From the NCBI RefSeq assembly GCF_030144855.1, contig NC_082726.1:36394001-36458000 (forward strand): 64,000 bases of DNA, written 5' to 3'. This document shows, piece by piece, positions 39,112 through 50,846 of the stretch (the stretch's first letter is position 1; every line of letters starts with the position of its first letter). The position numbers and the translations under genes are program-made. Source of the stretch: Hypanus sabinus. Lineage: Eukaryota. The notes beneath the pieces are model-generated. The model was given only the letters and a program-made list of their open reading frames with translations. It was not told where the DNA came from and searched no databases.

Positions 39112-39190
39112 ATGAAACTGAAGGAGATTGAGAGGACAGCTGTTCAGTCCTGGAGTCCTGCTTCACATCATCCCCTTTATTTGGCCACAG
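39112..39190 (+). CDS. SEC31B: Protein transport protein Sec31B (COPII outer coat), first coding exon
   Basis: [26 protein letters not shown]; acceptor tttcag at 39097, donor G|GTAAAT. Assigned to paralogue B by synteny with NDUFB8/HIF1AN. Confidence 0.93.
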
Positions 39191-40289
39191 GTAAATGCAG
39201 AAAATGCTTCAAATCACAAGCATCCTACAATGTAAAGTTTTTTAAAAAAAAAAAATTGCTTCCATTTTGGAATTGGTGGTATTCTTATAAGCAATTTTGT
39301 GTATATTGAGGGCAAACCATATTTTTCTTTTGGTATAGTTATTAACAAAAATTCTTTTTTGTAAGTATATGTGATAACTTCTAAATGTGTCTTTCAAGTG
39401 TTGTTGCTGGATTTTAGTTATTATTGTCACTTGGTGTTAGTTAATATTAACTAGGTCAAGATACAATATGTTCTGCATCTCTAAAAAAAAATGCCTGAAA
39501 ATCAATATCTGGCAAACAGTACTGCTGCATAAGTTTGACATTTTAATTCTCTTAGCAGTTTTTTCAATTGTGTGAAAGGAATTTGCACATTGTACAATCT
39601 TGAATGACTTGATTGAATATTAGTGCATGAAGCAATGTGCATTGTCCTCTGACAGTGCAGGCAAACCATCGTATTTATTGAACTACTCTTTGTACTTCAG
39701 TGGATTGCCTGTAAATCCAGCATCTGCAGATTTTCTCATGTTTGTACCAGACCAAATAATGGTTTTACTGTGGGTCTGTGTCCAAAGGTGTGTTTACAAG
39801 AGTCTGCAGCTTTTCATTGTCATACAGCAGAACTTTTTGTTCAAGTAAGCAAGAGCAGGACATATTAGATAGATTGGAATGTCAGTAAAGTATTACTAAA
39901 GTATAAAAAGAGCAATTGTGAATTTAAATATTGGCTTTCTTGATCACTACTTCCTAAGTACCTTATAGTTAATAAAGTACATTGTCAAGTAATTTCTACA
40001 CAAAGTCTCACCCAATAACAACCTTGCGTAAACTTGTAGTGGTAACGGTGGAAGAATAAATATTAGTGAAGGGACCAGGAAGGCAGTTGTCGCTTTGAGT
40101 AGTGTAATGGTGTTCTGCACTTGAGAAGTCTTGGTTTAATATTTCAACAATAACCAACTGTATTTGCATAAAATTTTTAACATATAAAACAACATACTAA
40201 AATTGACATCTCAGATGAAAAGTGGCAGCTTTGACAATACAACACTCCAGTATTCTGAACAGTTAGCCCTGATAATGTACTCTAGATAT

Positions 40290-40497
40290 TACACAAGGAA
40301 ATCTGCAGATGCTGGAAATTCAAACAACAGACACAAAATGCTGTTGGAACACAGCAGGCCAGGCAGCATTCATAAGGAAAAGCACTGTCGACGTTTCGGG
40401 CCGAGACCCTTCGTCAGGACTAACAAAACGTCGACAGTGCTTCTCCTTATAGATGCTGCCTGGCCTGCTGTGTTTCTCCAGCATTTTGTGTGTGTTA
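40290..40497. mobile_element. Palindromic Penelope pLTR pair (hairpin)
   Basis: Arms 40326-40396 and 40426-40496 are reverse complements with 7 mismatches in 71 nt. Confidence 0.85.
40385..40422 (-). ncRNA. Minimal type I hammerhead ribozyme motif (Penelope-associated)
   Basis: Minus strand reads UAGUC-CUGACGA-A-GGGUCUCGGCCC-GAAA-CG-UC-GACAG: intact core, stem II, palindromic ACGU in place of stem III, and GUC/GAC stem I. Confidence 0.7.
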
Positions 40498-41112
40498 CTC
40501 TAGCTATTATCGGGATTGACTGTTCAGGATATTACAGTTGGATTCAATTGTAATCATTTCAGCAACATGATTATCAACACGTATAATAGTGACTGTGTTA
40601 CTTAACCAATCCCCCATTCAGCAACACACTTTCATGCTTTCAGCCAACATCATTAAGATAATTTTCTTGGTCCCCCTCTCTTGTAACACAGGGCACATAG
40701 CTCAAGACTGATGATTGTAGCTTTGGGCACTTAACACAATATTTAAAAGCACGTCTGTATACATTCAGCATAACACAGGAATGTGGATATAAAGGCAATC
40801 AGAAAACATGATTCTTTAGTTCATGGTCTTTGTCCATATCGTATGTGACTTCAGTGCACTGAATTTACGACAAGGTGCTTTGGCACATTCTGATGTTGTG
40901 AAAAGAGCTAGAAAAGTGGAGTTTTTACCTTTTCTGTTTTCTTCACCATATATGTTACATTTCCAGATCCTATCTACTATTCAAATTGTTCAAACAATGG
41001 TCATGGACTGATGGTTAACTTTTGAAGAGTTCATTAACATCACTTTTAAGCTTGCTTAAAACTATCAATTATTATTGAAGAGTAAGTTATACTATTATCG
41101 TTCAAACTATAG

Positions 41113-41236
41113 GTACCTCAGCACAACAGTTGGATGCTACCTTCAGTACAAATGCAGCATTAGAGATCTATGAGCTGGATTTTTCAGATCCATCATTGGA
41201 TGTAAAGTTGCGGGGCTGTCTACCTGCGACCACAAG
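41113..41236 (+). CDS. SEC31B: SEC31B coding exon 2
   Basis: [41 protein letters not shown](R); AG/GT boundaries; 124 nt. Confidence 0.95.
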
Positions 41237-41399
41237 GTAAATATGTGGTGTACATACCTAACGTGGTAATAATCCATAAATTACTAAAGAGTATTCCTGA
41301 GCAAATGGTACTTATTTGTAGTAGAACTTAGCAGTTTGAATATGTTTGTGACTTGTTGGAATAATTTGATTATTGGATTAAATTCTTAGAGGGACTCGT

Positions 41400-42705
41400 T
41401 GCCTACTTGGAACAGTCTCTGATCCATACCTTCTTTTACGTCACTAACTCCATTGGTACTGCTTCTTGTACCTGTGCTGAACCCATCTATTTTATCACCT
41501 TTGCCACTAACTTCCACCCCACTCTCAAATTCATGTGGTCCATTTCCAGAACCACTCTTTTTGACTCCAACTCAGAGGGCAAAGTACCCATTGACTCCTA
41601 CAGCTACCTTGACTACAACTCATCCTACCCTATTATCTTGTAAGGCTGCCATTCCTGTCTCCCGGTTTCTCTATGTCTGCTGCATCTGCTCTCAAGATGA
41701 GGCCTTCCACTACAGAATGTCTGAAATACTGACCTTTTTCAGGAAATGGAGGTTCCTGTTTACTGTGATTCATGAAGCCCTTTCTGATCTCTGTTTTTTG
41801 GACTTCTGCTCTCTCCCCACCTCCCTCCAATTGGAACAGAGATAGAGTTCCACTTCTCCTCACCTCTCACCCCCATTAGCCATTGTGTCCAGCTCGTCAT
41901 CCTCAGTGATTTCCACAACAGCATTGTTATCCCACTACCAGCTTCATCCCTTCCCAACCTCTTTCTGCTTTCAGTAGGGCTACACCTTCCACCATTCCAT
42001 AGTCCACTTATCCCTCCCTTACCCCTGGCATATTCCTGTATAATTCCACGAGTTGTAATGCTTATTCTTATACCTCCCTCCTCTCTTTCATCTGGGGATG
42101 TTAAACTGCCCTTCCAGGTGAGACAAAGATTCACATTAACCTCTTTCAGCTTCATTTACTGCAGATAGTCTCCCAGTGTGGCCTCCTACATCAGCGACAC
42201 CAAGCACAGACTGGAAACCAATTTGCAGAGCAGCTGCATTCATCTTGAGCTCTCATTTGAAGGCCATTTCAATTCCTGTTTTCATTTCCATGCTGAACTG
42301 TCCATGCTCAGCTTTTTCCACTGAGTGAGACCCAACACAAACTAGATGAACAATAACCTATATTCCTCTATAGTGTCTTTAACCCAATAGCATGAACATT
42401 GAGTTTCCCAGTTTTAGGTAACCAATATCTCTGGTGTGCTTTCCCCCCTTTTCCCACCCTCCCTCTCTCCTCCTCTCCTTCTCCCTTATCATCACTACTC
42501 TCCATGTCTCCCCCAGCCCCCACCATCTTTTCCTCCCTCCTTCCCCTTCCTTGTTGTTTCATTGGCTTCTTTTCACCACCTCCCCTCTCTTTATACTGAC
42601 CATCTGTCCTCTCTACGTATACAGGGTCCTGATCCATAACATTGAGTTTCTGCCCGTGTACTCTTCTGCAAATGTTGCTCAGCCCATCGAGTTTCTCCAG
42701 CAGAT
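41400..42705 (+). mobile_element. Penelope-like element remnant (RT C-terminus, GIY-YIG, pLTR)
   Basis: FITFATNFHPTLKFMWSIS, DSYSYLDYNSSYP and CKAAIPVSRFLYVCCICSQDEAF are typical Penelope/Poseidon RT C-terminal motifs. Confidence 0.85.
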
Positions 42706-42878
42706 TATTTGTTCGAGGAGCTCTCATTATGTAGCATAATTTTGAGGAAATAATAGAATCACTAGCATTATTCTGTATAACTTCAGCAGAACAAAAGTGG
42801 CAAGATGATTTGAGGATTCGTGTAGTTTAAAAGTTTTCTTGGGGTGTACAAAGAAATTGTATGTGGTAAATGTTACAG

Positions 42879-43065
42879 ATTTCACAAACTTATTTGGAGC
42901 AACCATGGTACAAGTTCTGATGGAGTTATAGCAGCTGGAGGGGACACTGGGACCATCACCCTTTATAGCGCAGAACATATTCTTACAGCTGGGAACGATC
43001 CCATCATTGGCCAGAGTTCGAAACATGGGGGCCCTGTCCGAGGGTTGGATTTTAACCCCTTTCAG
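42879..43065 (+). CDS. SEC31B: SEC31B coding exon 3
   Basis: FHKLIWSNHGTSSDGVIAAGGDTGTITLYSAEHILTAGNDPIIGQSSKHGGPVRGLDFNPFQ; 187 nt; phases match neighbouring exons. Confidence 0.95.
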
Positions 43066-44289
43066 GTATTGAAACTGTGGTATTGCTTACATTTAAAAGT
43101 ACCTTCACCAGTGAATAATATATAGTATTACTTGCCGCTATGTTTCTCATTTTACAAAACAGCAGGAAACTTGTCATTTTTTTTGCAAAGTAATTAACAT
43201 GTGGGCATCTATTGTGCTTTTTTTAAAATCATGAATTGATTACAAAAGTATACTGTAACAAAAATTCCATCTATATTATCCAAAGGGTCTTCAGTTTTCA
43301 ATTGGGCTGCCTGGTTTTTCTGTTAGGAGGGTAATACCAACTTGTAAGGGTGGGGGGGGGGGCAGAGATACAAGATACATACTTCCAAAAGTTGGTAGAT
43401 GCCTCCAGCATTCCTCCTCCTGTATTCAGTATGACTTGGTGGATAATAGTTCAAGGCATATTGTTAAGAATAGTAAAAAATTATTGATTCTTTATTCATT
43501 AGTGCTCAATGCAGTTTGTGGGAAATGTGATATCACTTAAATTGTGCTGATGGTATCTTTAGATGGGAGTCTGTTCAAGCAGTTTTAACCTGTACAGAAT
43601 GATCTGGTATTATATTTTTCGACACAATCCCAAATATCCTCAATCTAACTCGGGAGTTTTGAATGAACTGTTTATTCTGCTATACAAACATGGCAGAGAA
43701 TTGAGATATGATTTTGAAGAGGTTCAATTGTCTAAAGAAAACTTGTATTCTAATAATAAACAGCAGCATGGTTTCGGGAGGCAGTGAAACACTGCACCGT
43801 ACTTATCCAAGTTAACTGGAGTGCTTGTTAGGTTAATTGATACTTCTGCAATATGACATGACTTTTAGCAGTGATGTGGATAATGCAATTTGAATTTAGC
43901 AAAGACCTTCATGAAAGGGGAAAAAATGTAGCAAAGATACGGCCAATAAAGATGCTCCAGAAGTGTTCCCTACGTCTATTTAGATTTTGATATTTCAGTC
44001 CTGATTAGATCACTCTGAATGTAGACAGAATGTATTGACATTAGAAGGGCTTAATTTGAAAGGATAGGTTGTGCATAGCCCAAGTTATATCACTTTTTGT
44101 GATATAACTTATATCATTTGTTCTGTAGGACATTAAGGTATACAGATGGCTAAAAATCAATAAAAATCTGGTATAATTAAATATCAGACCAGACACCGGG
44201 GGTGAGAGTGGTTACAGCATGCTTTAACCTTGTTGTTGTGTTATGAAATGTTGGGTTTGACCTTTGAATTATTATTTTGTTTTTCTTAG

Positions 44290-44385
44290 AGCAACCTCAT
44301 TGCTTCTGGAGCTAATGATTCTGAGATATATATTTGGGATTTAAATAACTTCAGTACACCAATGACACCAGGAGCAAAATCACAG
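44290..44385 (+). CDS. SEC31B: SEC31B coding exon 4
   Basis: [32 protein letters not shown]; 96 nt. Confidence 0.95.
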
Positions 44386-45063
44386 GTATGTTGTAATTAT
44401 CGACATTGATGTATACTGCACGTCGTATTTGCGTCTCTGTTAGTTGTAAAGATAATTGCTAGGCAGAAATTCCCTGGTTCATAGGAGGGAGGCCAACTCC
44501 TGATCATTAGTCGTGATACTTTAGCCTCCTTATTTGAGTATATAGACAACACCATTAGAATAGCAATCTTAACTGATACCCTACTTTTAATATTGTGAAT
44601 GAATTTTTATATACATTGAAATATGTTTAAATTGTCCTTGATATCAGTACTTGAACCTCAATAAATAGAAACTGCAGTATTTTTCCAAACTCTATATTTG
44701 GACACCCCATAAAAACATTTACTTAATCTTTTATGGCAATGAGAATAACACAACTCTTTTGCTCTCTTTTTTCCTATCTAACCATATACAGCAAAGAGAG
44801 GTAAGGTTTGAATTGAGAATTCTGCTGTTTGTAATATAAGGATCTGCATAATTAACTCGGCAGAATCTCTCTTTTTATGTGCTTCTTTGTCTATTCTCTT
44901 TTCCTTTAGTCTGTGTCTTTTTTTTACAATGTAATGTGGCTTTAAGTACAGTATCATCTATATTTCTTTTCTGTTAGTCATAATGGGTGTGTAGCTCCCT
45001 CTGCATAAAGGCCTTGTGAATTTACTCTCTTCTCAACATCAAATGAATGTGGGTCATGCTGAC

Positions 45064-45291
45064 AACACACACAAAGTGCTGGAGGAACTCAGCAGGCCAG
45101 GCAGCATCTATGGAAAAAAGTACAGTTGAAGTTTCAGGCTGAGACCCTTCATCAATCCTGTAATCCTGATGAAGAGTCTTTTCCCGAAACGTCGACTGTA
45201 CTCTTTTCCATAGATGCTGCTTGGTCTGTTAAGTTCCTCCAGCATTTTGTGTGTGGTGCTTGGCTTTCCAGCATCTGCAGAATTTCTCTTG
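45064..45291. mobile_element. Palindromic Penelope pLTR pair with two decayed hammerhead motifs
   Basis: Arms 45066-45154 and 45167-45255 are inverted around a 12-nt loop. Confidence 0.85.
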
Positions 45292-45465
45292 TTTGTGGTG
45301 GGTCACCCTGAGGTGTGTTTATTACCTTGAGTGCATGTGCCTTTTGCTGCTTGGTTCTGGTGATCTGTAGGACTAGGTAGTTTGATTTAGTGGCATAACA
45401 TGAATTAGCAGATACAAAGTTTACATTGTGCTTTTGACAATCCTGGTAAGAGGATCTAAGATGAT

Positions 45466-46377
45466 CCTGGTGATCCAAGATGGCGGCGTGATGCAGCTTG
45501 CAGTGGCCACTCTGGAGCTGATATGTTATTTGTTAAGCGGGGTGCCGTACGCAATCCTAATCTGATGAAAAACGGACATGGGAGCACAAAGGAACATCTG
45601 GAAATCTCCAGGAAGGCCCTCTTCATTGCTGCTGCTGCTGTGAGGTCCGGGTCTCTGCTGAGAAGAACAGGCCCCCGGTCTTCGGGGTCGCATTGCCGAT
45701 GGCAGTTTGTGGGGGCGTCTTAATACACTTGGCAGAGGATGGTGCTCGGAGAAGCTGTGCCAGAGGGGATGGTCGGAGGCTCAGATGTTCGATGGACTCG
45801 GAGTCCACTGCGGTCAGGGAGCTTTCAGTGTGTGCTGTGTCTGCAAGGCTGAGTTCGACGGAGCTTTCGCTGTGTCTGTGAGGCTGAGTCAGGCAGCACC
45901 GTGGAAGTCCATAGCAGGGGTTTTCCCCTCTGCCGCCTGCGTGGGATGATGAGTCTGTCGGGACCCTGAGGACTTGTGGAACCTGTGTGGTGGTTTCTTT
46001 CGAACTTACAGTCTTTTAACATCTTTGGACTATTTTTACTGTGCCCATGGTCTTTTTTTTAATCAATTATGCTGTGATTTGCACTGTTGTAACCATGTGG
46101 TTTTGTGCAGGTCTTGTAGCTTTAGTTTTTGGTCTTGTTTTGTCTGGTGGATTTGGAGCTCCTTTCTGGGAAACACGCTAAGATGACAGCATGATATTAA
46201 TATGCAGCAGCCTCTCCGGACTCTGGATTGGGGATTGCCAAATGTTATGTGGATTTTCTAGTGTAGTCTGTTTTGTCATGTGCTTTTGTGATATCATTCT
46301 GGAGGGAAGTTGTCTCATTTTTTTAACTGCATTGCTTTTGTGGTTTCTAAATGACAATAAACTGAATCTGAATCTGA
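45466..46377 (+). mobile_element. Unclassified non-autonomous non-LTR retroelement
   Basis: 5' CAAGATGGCGGC (YY1), CpG-retaining body without RT-like ORF, and 3' AATAAA plus (CTGAAT)n tail resembling the Rex1-type ends in this window. Confidence 0.6.
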
Positions 46378-47332
46378 GGAGGCTCATACCTTTTTTAATG
46401 TGCAACCTTAAGACATAAGATCAGATTTAGGCCATTTGGCCTATTGAATTGGCTTCATCATTTAATCATGACTGATTTATATAGTTACCTTACCTCACCT
46501 CCCAACCATTCATTAATTTTCTGGCTTATATATGTCCATGAATTCTCCGTGTCATTGATGGACACGCATTCGTTGGTTTATGGCCATAGAAGGAACATTT
46601 ATGTTGACAACCGTACAAATCTATTAACTACTTCACATTAAACTTTGCACTATATTCAATATGTGTATCTCCACTGTAATCTCCATTATCTCTCTTCTCT
46701 TTAACATTTTTCTTCCTATCTCTGGTTGCTGAAGTTTTTGTTTCCATCTCATTGCCCTTTAGTTCACATGGACCTGTTTCCAATCTGAATGTTTTCTGGT
46801 ATCTATGATGCTATTTTGTGAGTACTAGTTCTGTTTGCAAATCTCTGCTCATCTTTCATTAGGGTTTCTCTCATTTCATCCATCGTTCATCTCTGTTCAT
46901 CCATTGTTCTCAGTTAGATATCAACTAGATTTGCATAAAGTTCACACAATTTTTGAAACCATTTATAAGAGTATTAATGTTATTTAATGTGTATATTTTG
47001 TGCACATTGGAGCAAAGATGTTCCTTGTTGGTACCAGAAGTTAAAATTTAAATCCATTGCTGTTGTACATATGGAATATATGGATATAATGTAGTCTCAA
47101 ATTATTAGTAGAAATTTATGGTATAAAATGATAAAAATTACATTAAAATTGGAGAGCCAGTTACAAATGGTATTGAAAGAAGTACACAGAACATGGGTGT
47201 ATAAAGGTAGGTAATACGTAATAGCTGTGTTACATTATACTTCAAAAGACAGCATTTCTGTGAAGATGGTTGTTGATAGAATACAGCCATATGAGCAAGA
47301 AAACAGAATCAGATGCAGGTAAAAGTAATCTT

Positions 47333-47918
47333 TTCTTTTTCAATATTTTTATTAATTTTCACATAGAAGAATACAGAGTACATGAGGGTATATATTATGA
47401 ATCAGAAAAAGATAGAGTAGTACCTAATACATTATATTTAAATCACACTTGCAATCATAGTACCGTATATTCATAATTAATCATGTACAATAATTAAATT
47501 GTAATTTGAATTGTAATAATTTTATTATAAAAAAATCTAAACCCAGTATCAAAGTCAAAACTGTTTGGTAAAGAAAGAAAGACAGGAAAAAATCCTTATC
47601 ACATAGTGATTTATGTTATTAGCCAACATCTGTACTTTAACATCAAATCAAAGGTTTGAAAAGTAGTTCAAAAATGGTTCCCACTATGTTTGAAAGTCTT
47701 GGTTAGAATCAGAAATTGAACAACGGATCTTCTATAAATTTAAGCTGACATAACGCCACGTAACCATTGAGCATGAGTAGGCGGAGCAACATCCTTCCAT
47801 TTAAGCAACACTGCCCTCCTAGCTATAAGAGAAATAAAAGCCAATATATGCAAATCAGATGTCTCCAAAGTTATGCCTTTTTCTACAACAATACTGAACA
47901 AGGTAGTCAAAGGGTTAG
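47333..47918 (-). mobile_element. 5'-truncated L1
   Basis: Minus-strand ILAFISLIARRAVLLKWKDVAPPTHAQW (L1 ORF2 C-terminus), tail AATAAAAATATTGAAAAAGAAAA, and 12-bp TSD AAAAGTAATCTT (47321-47332 and 47919-47930). Confidence 0.9.
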
Positions 47919-49504
47919 AAAAGTAATCTTGAAAATCTAACTCATAGATTAACTTCAGCGAAAATATCCCTAAGAGATTGAGGTTGGTGAAACGAATGCG
48001 TAGGATGTCTAATCTAAAATATGTTTATGTACATACAACCAAATTCACATTGGCATTGTGGGATAATGTACAGGGAGTCAAGACACCTCACTCATGAAAA
48101 TGCAATTTTACACAAATTCTCCTATACATTGGTAAAGGATTTTTGAAGGTAATGATGTTTCATGATATTCAATCATGACTATATACAGTATATTGAATTA
48201 GTTTAATGATGGGTACTGTTTAGGAAGTTACCAACTAAAATGAAGGAATTACAGTAATTCTGGCACTATAGAATGTAGATGGATATAATATGGGTTGTTA
48301 GAGAAAATTGACATTTCAAACTTGCTGACAGTTCTCAGGGATGGAGCCCTGTTGACTGCCTGTATACAACTTTCCTGTCAGGAATGCACTTCAATCCAGA
48401 CTGATGAGATAGAGTGTTGGATGTTGGCTCAAATTACTTTATACCACATCAATGACAGTTTGAAGTATACAGACTAGAAGATCCTAAATTGTTAGTTTAC
48501 TTCAACTGGCTTTTTTTAGTTGTGTTTCTTAAACTAATACCAGTTCCTTGGTGTAGGAGTTTATTTCTGATTGCTGCTCAGTAAATTTTAATGGAAATTG
48601 TGTCAATATTTACTGAGGACATATAGGCTGTTCTGTATGCCTTCATATTTGATACTCAACAGCTTGTATTTGGAAATTGTTTTATACTCATTTACTAGGA
48701 GTTTTTTTTAATGAGAAATTAGATAATTATATTTTAAGTGCAAATCCAGATTAATTAAGACACAACTTGGCTAAATTTTCTTTCTGGATTTCTGCCCACT
48801 GATTATCACTGTTAATGAGAATAGAAATCATATCTCCTGAGCTTAGATTTGAACTGTTCGGCATTTGACCACACCAGCCTCTGTTTCTTGATGATATCCA
48901 GGGAAGAAAGCATGAAAACATTCTGATCGCCAACTTTGACAAGTTACATCTTGATAAACATAAGTGCAGTGTTTTTAAACAAAAATATATAGTAATCTAT
49001 ACCAAAATTAATTTGTAGGAAAAAGAGATTAGAGAAAATGGAAATGGATTATTATATTTTCAGTAAATAATAAAATGATAAAGCACAAAATGGGGGCAGG
49101 TGTATCAATGGGTACTCTTATCCTCTCTTGTCTGTGTAAAATAATGTCAACCAATTTTTCCTCTTTTCTGTTGTTTCCTTCCCTTTATTTCCTTATAAAC
49201 GATGCCATTGAATGACCTGCCATTATTTCAAGTTGTGGATGTGTGGTGATGTGATTGACAGATTGAATTGTGATGTGAACGAAGAGTCAACTTTTGAGTT
49301 TATTTGTCACAGGATGTAAATGTTGTTGGCAAGACTGACATTTATTTATTTCAATCTGTCCCAAATTTGCCCGTGAATTGGGTGGTTTGCCAAGCCATTT
49401 CATAGTTCAGTAATTTAACCACATGGCTGTATGTAACGCCAGTCGGTAAATGCACAATGCAAGAGGAAGCAAAATTTCTGTCTCCTTCACCAAGAAGTTG
49501 TCTC

Positions 49505-49718
49505 ATAATCAACTTCCTAGCCTTTTGCTTCATCCCTCTCCCTCCAAGTTTCACCTGTCGCCTGGTGTTTCTCTCTCCCCTCCAGCCACCTTTCAAATCT
49601 ACTCCTCAGCTTTTTTCTCCAGTCCTGCCGAAGGGTTTCGGCCCGAAACGTCAACTGTACTTTTCTCCGTAGATGCTGCCTGGCCTGCTGAGTTCCTCCA
49701 GCATTTTGTGTCTGTTGC
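49505..49718 (+). mobile_element. Penelope pLTR with variant hammerhead motif
   Basis: cagtc-ctgccga-a-gggtttcggccc-gaaa-cg-tc-aactg at about 49620-49657; the core A6 is replaced by C. Confidence 0.8.
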
Positions 49719-50705
49719 TAAAATTTTTGCCTCTCATGTTTCATTTTTGATAAATATATTCCAGTTAATTGAGAAGTTTTCAGTTTAAACTGTGCATAAC
49801 TAAGATCGAAGGCAGGTTTGTTCCATCAATTATTTGCTCATTGATGCTCTTTTTTGGACTATTGAAGATGTAAATGAAGCTAAATTCTTTTTTGATTTCA
49901 TGTTTTGCTGATCCTTCAAACTGAGTTATGTTTCTCTTTAATCTTATTCTCCCATGATTGAGATGGATAAACTTGCTATCACTCTATATTTCAATGTGAA
50001 TCTAAGCTAGATGACCATGTTAAATCTTAATTGAAAGTCTGTGCCATGTTTGGTCAGTTCTTTTATTTTTTCCTCTGCACTTAAGCCTTTGTTGCACTTG
50101 TAGTTCTTCCTCTCACCAAATAAAGCCAGACTAAGCCTAAAGATGCAAAGATCCTTTTAAATTTTGAAGTTACTGTCTTGTTCAAGACTTATTTATAGAT
50201 AAAAATAGAAAATGCTGGAACAGAGATGTTCTGATAAAAGGCCATCAATTTTTGGCCAAAGCAGCAATAATATTGCTATTTTCTGCAAAGATCCTGCCCC
50301 ACCAGTTGGATGTTTTTGGCATTTTCTGTTTTTAATCCTTGAATTCAATTATCCTTGCAATGCCGTAAATCTTGTGTTCATGAGCTTTACCACTGTTGAA
50401 TATAACTTAATACAAGCTTTTACTCATCCCTGCATCCCCATAACCCTTGGTGTCTGTCTACAATTTGTGAAATGCTGTGGGGAATTTCTATTGTTAAATA
50501 TGGTATTTAAATGGAAGCTGTAATTTATTTTGTAATTTCTCTCATTTGATTCTGTGGATATGTTGGTCCTTGGTGAACTTTTGTTTCAGGCTGTTTGAGG
50601 TCTGTGGCACAGTTAGTGAAATCACATGTTGTATTTTGACATCATAGACATTTGCACTGAAGGTTTTTTTTTTCTTTTTCAATCGGACCTTTTGAATTCA
50701 TGCAG

Positions 50706-50846
50706 CCTTCTGAAGACGTTAGCTGTGTGGCCTGGAATCGACAAGTGCAGCATATCTTGGCTTCTGCTCATCCAAGTGGCAGAGCTGTGGTGTGGGATCT
50801 GAGAAAGAATGAACCTATCATCAAAGTTAGTGATCACAGCAATAGG
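50706..50846 (+). CDS. SEC31B: SEC31B coding exon 5
   Basis: [47 protein letters not shown]; donor GTGAGT; 141 nt. Confidence 0.96.
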
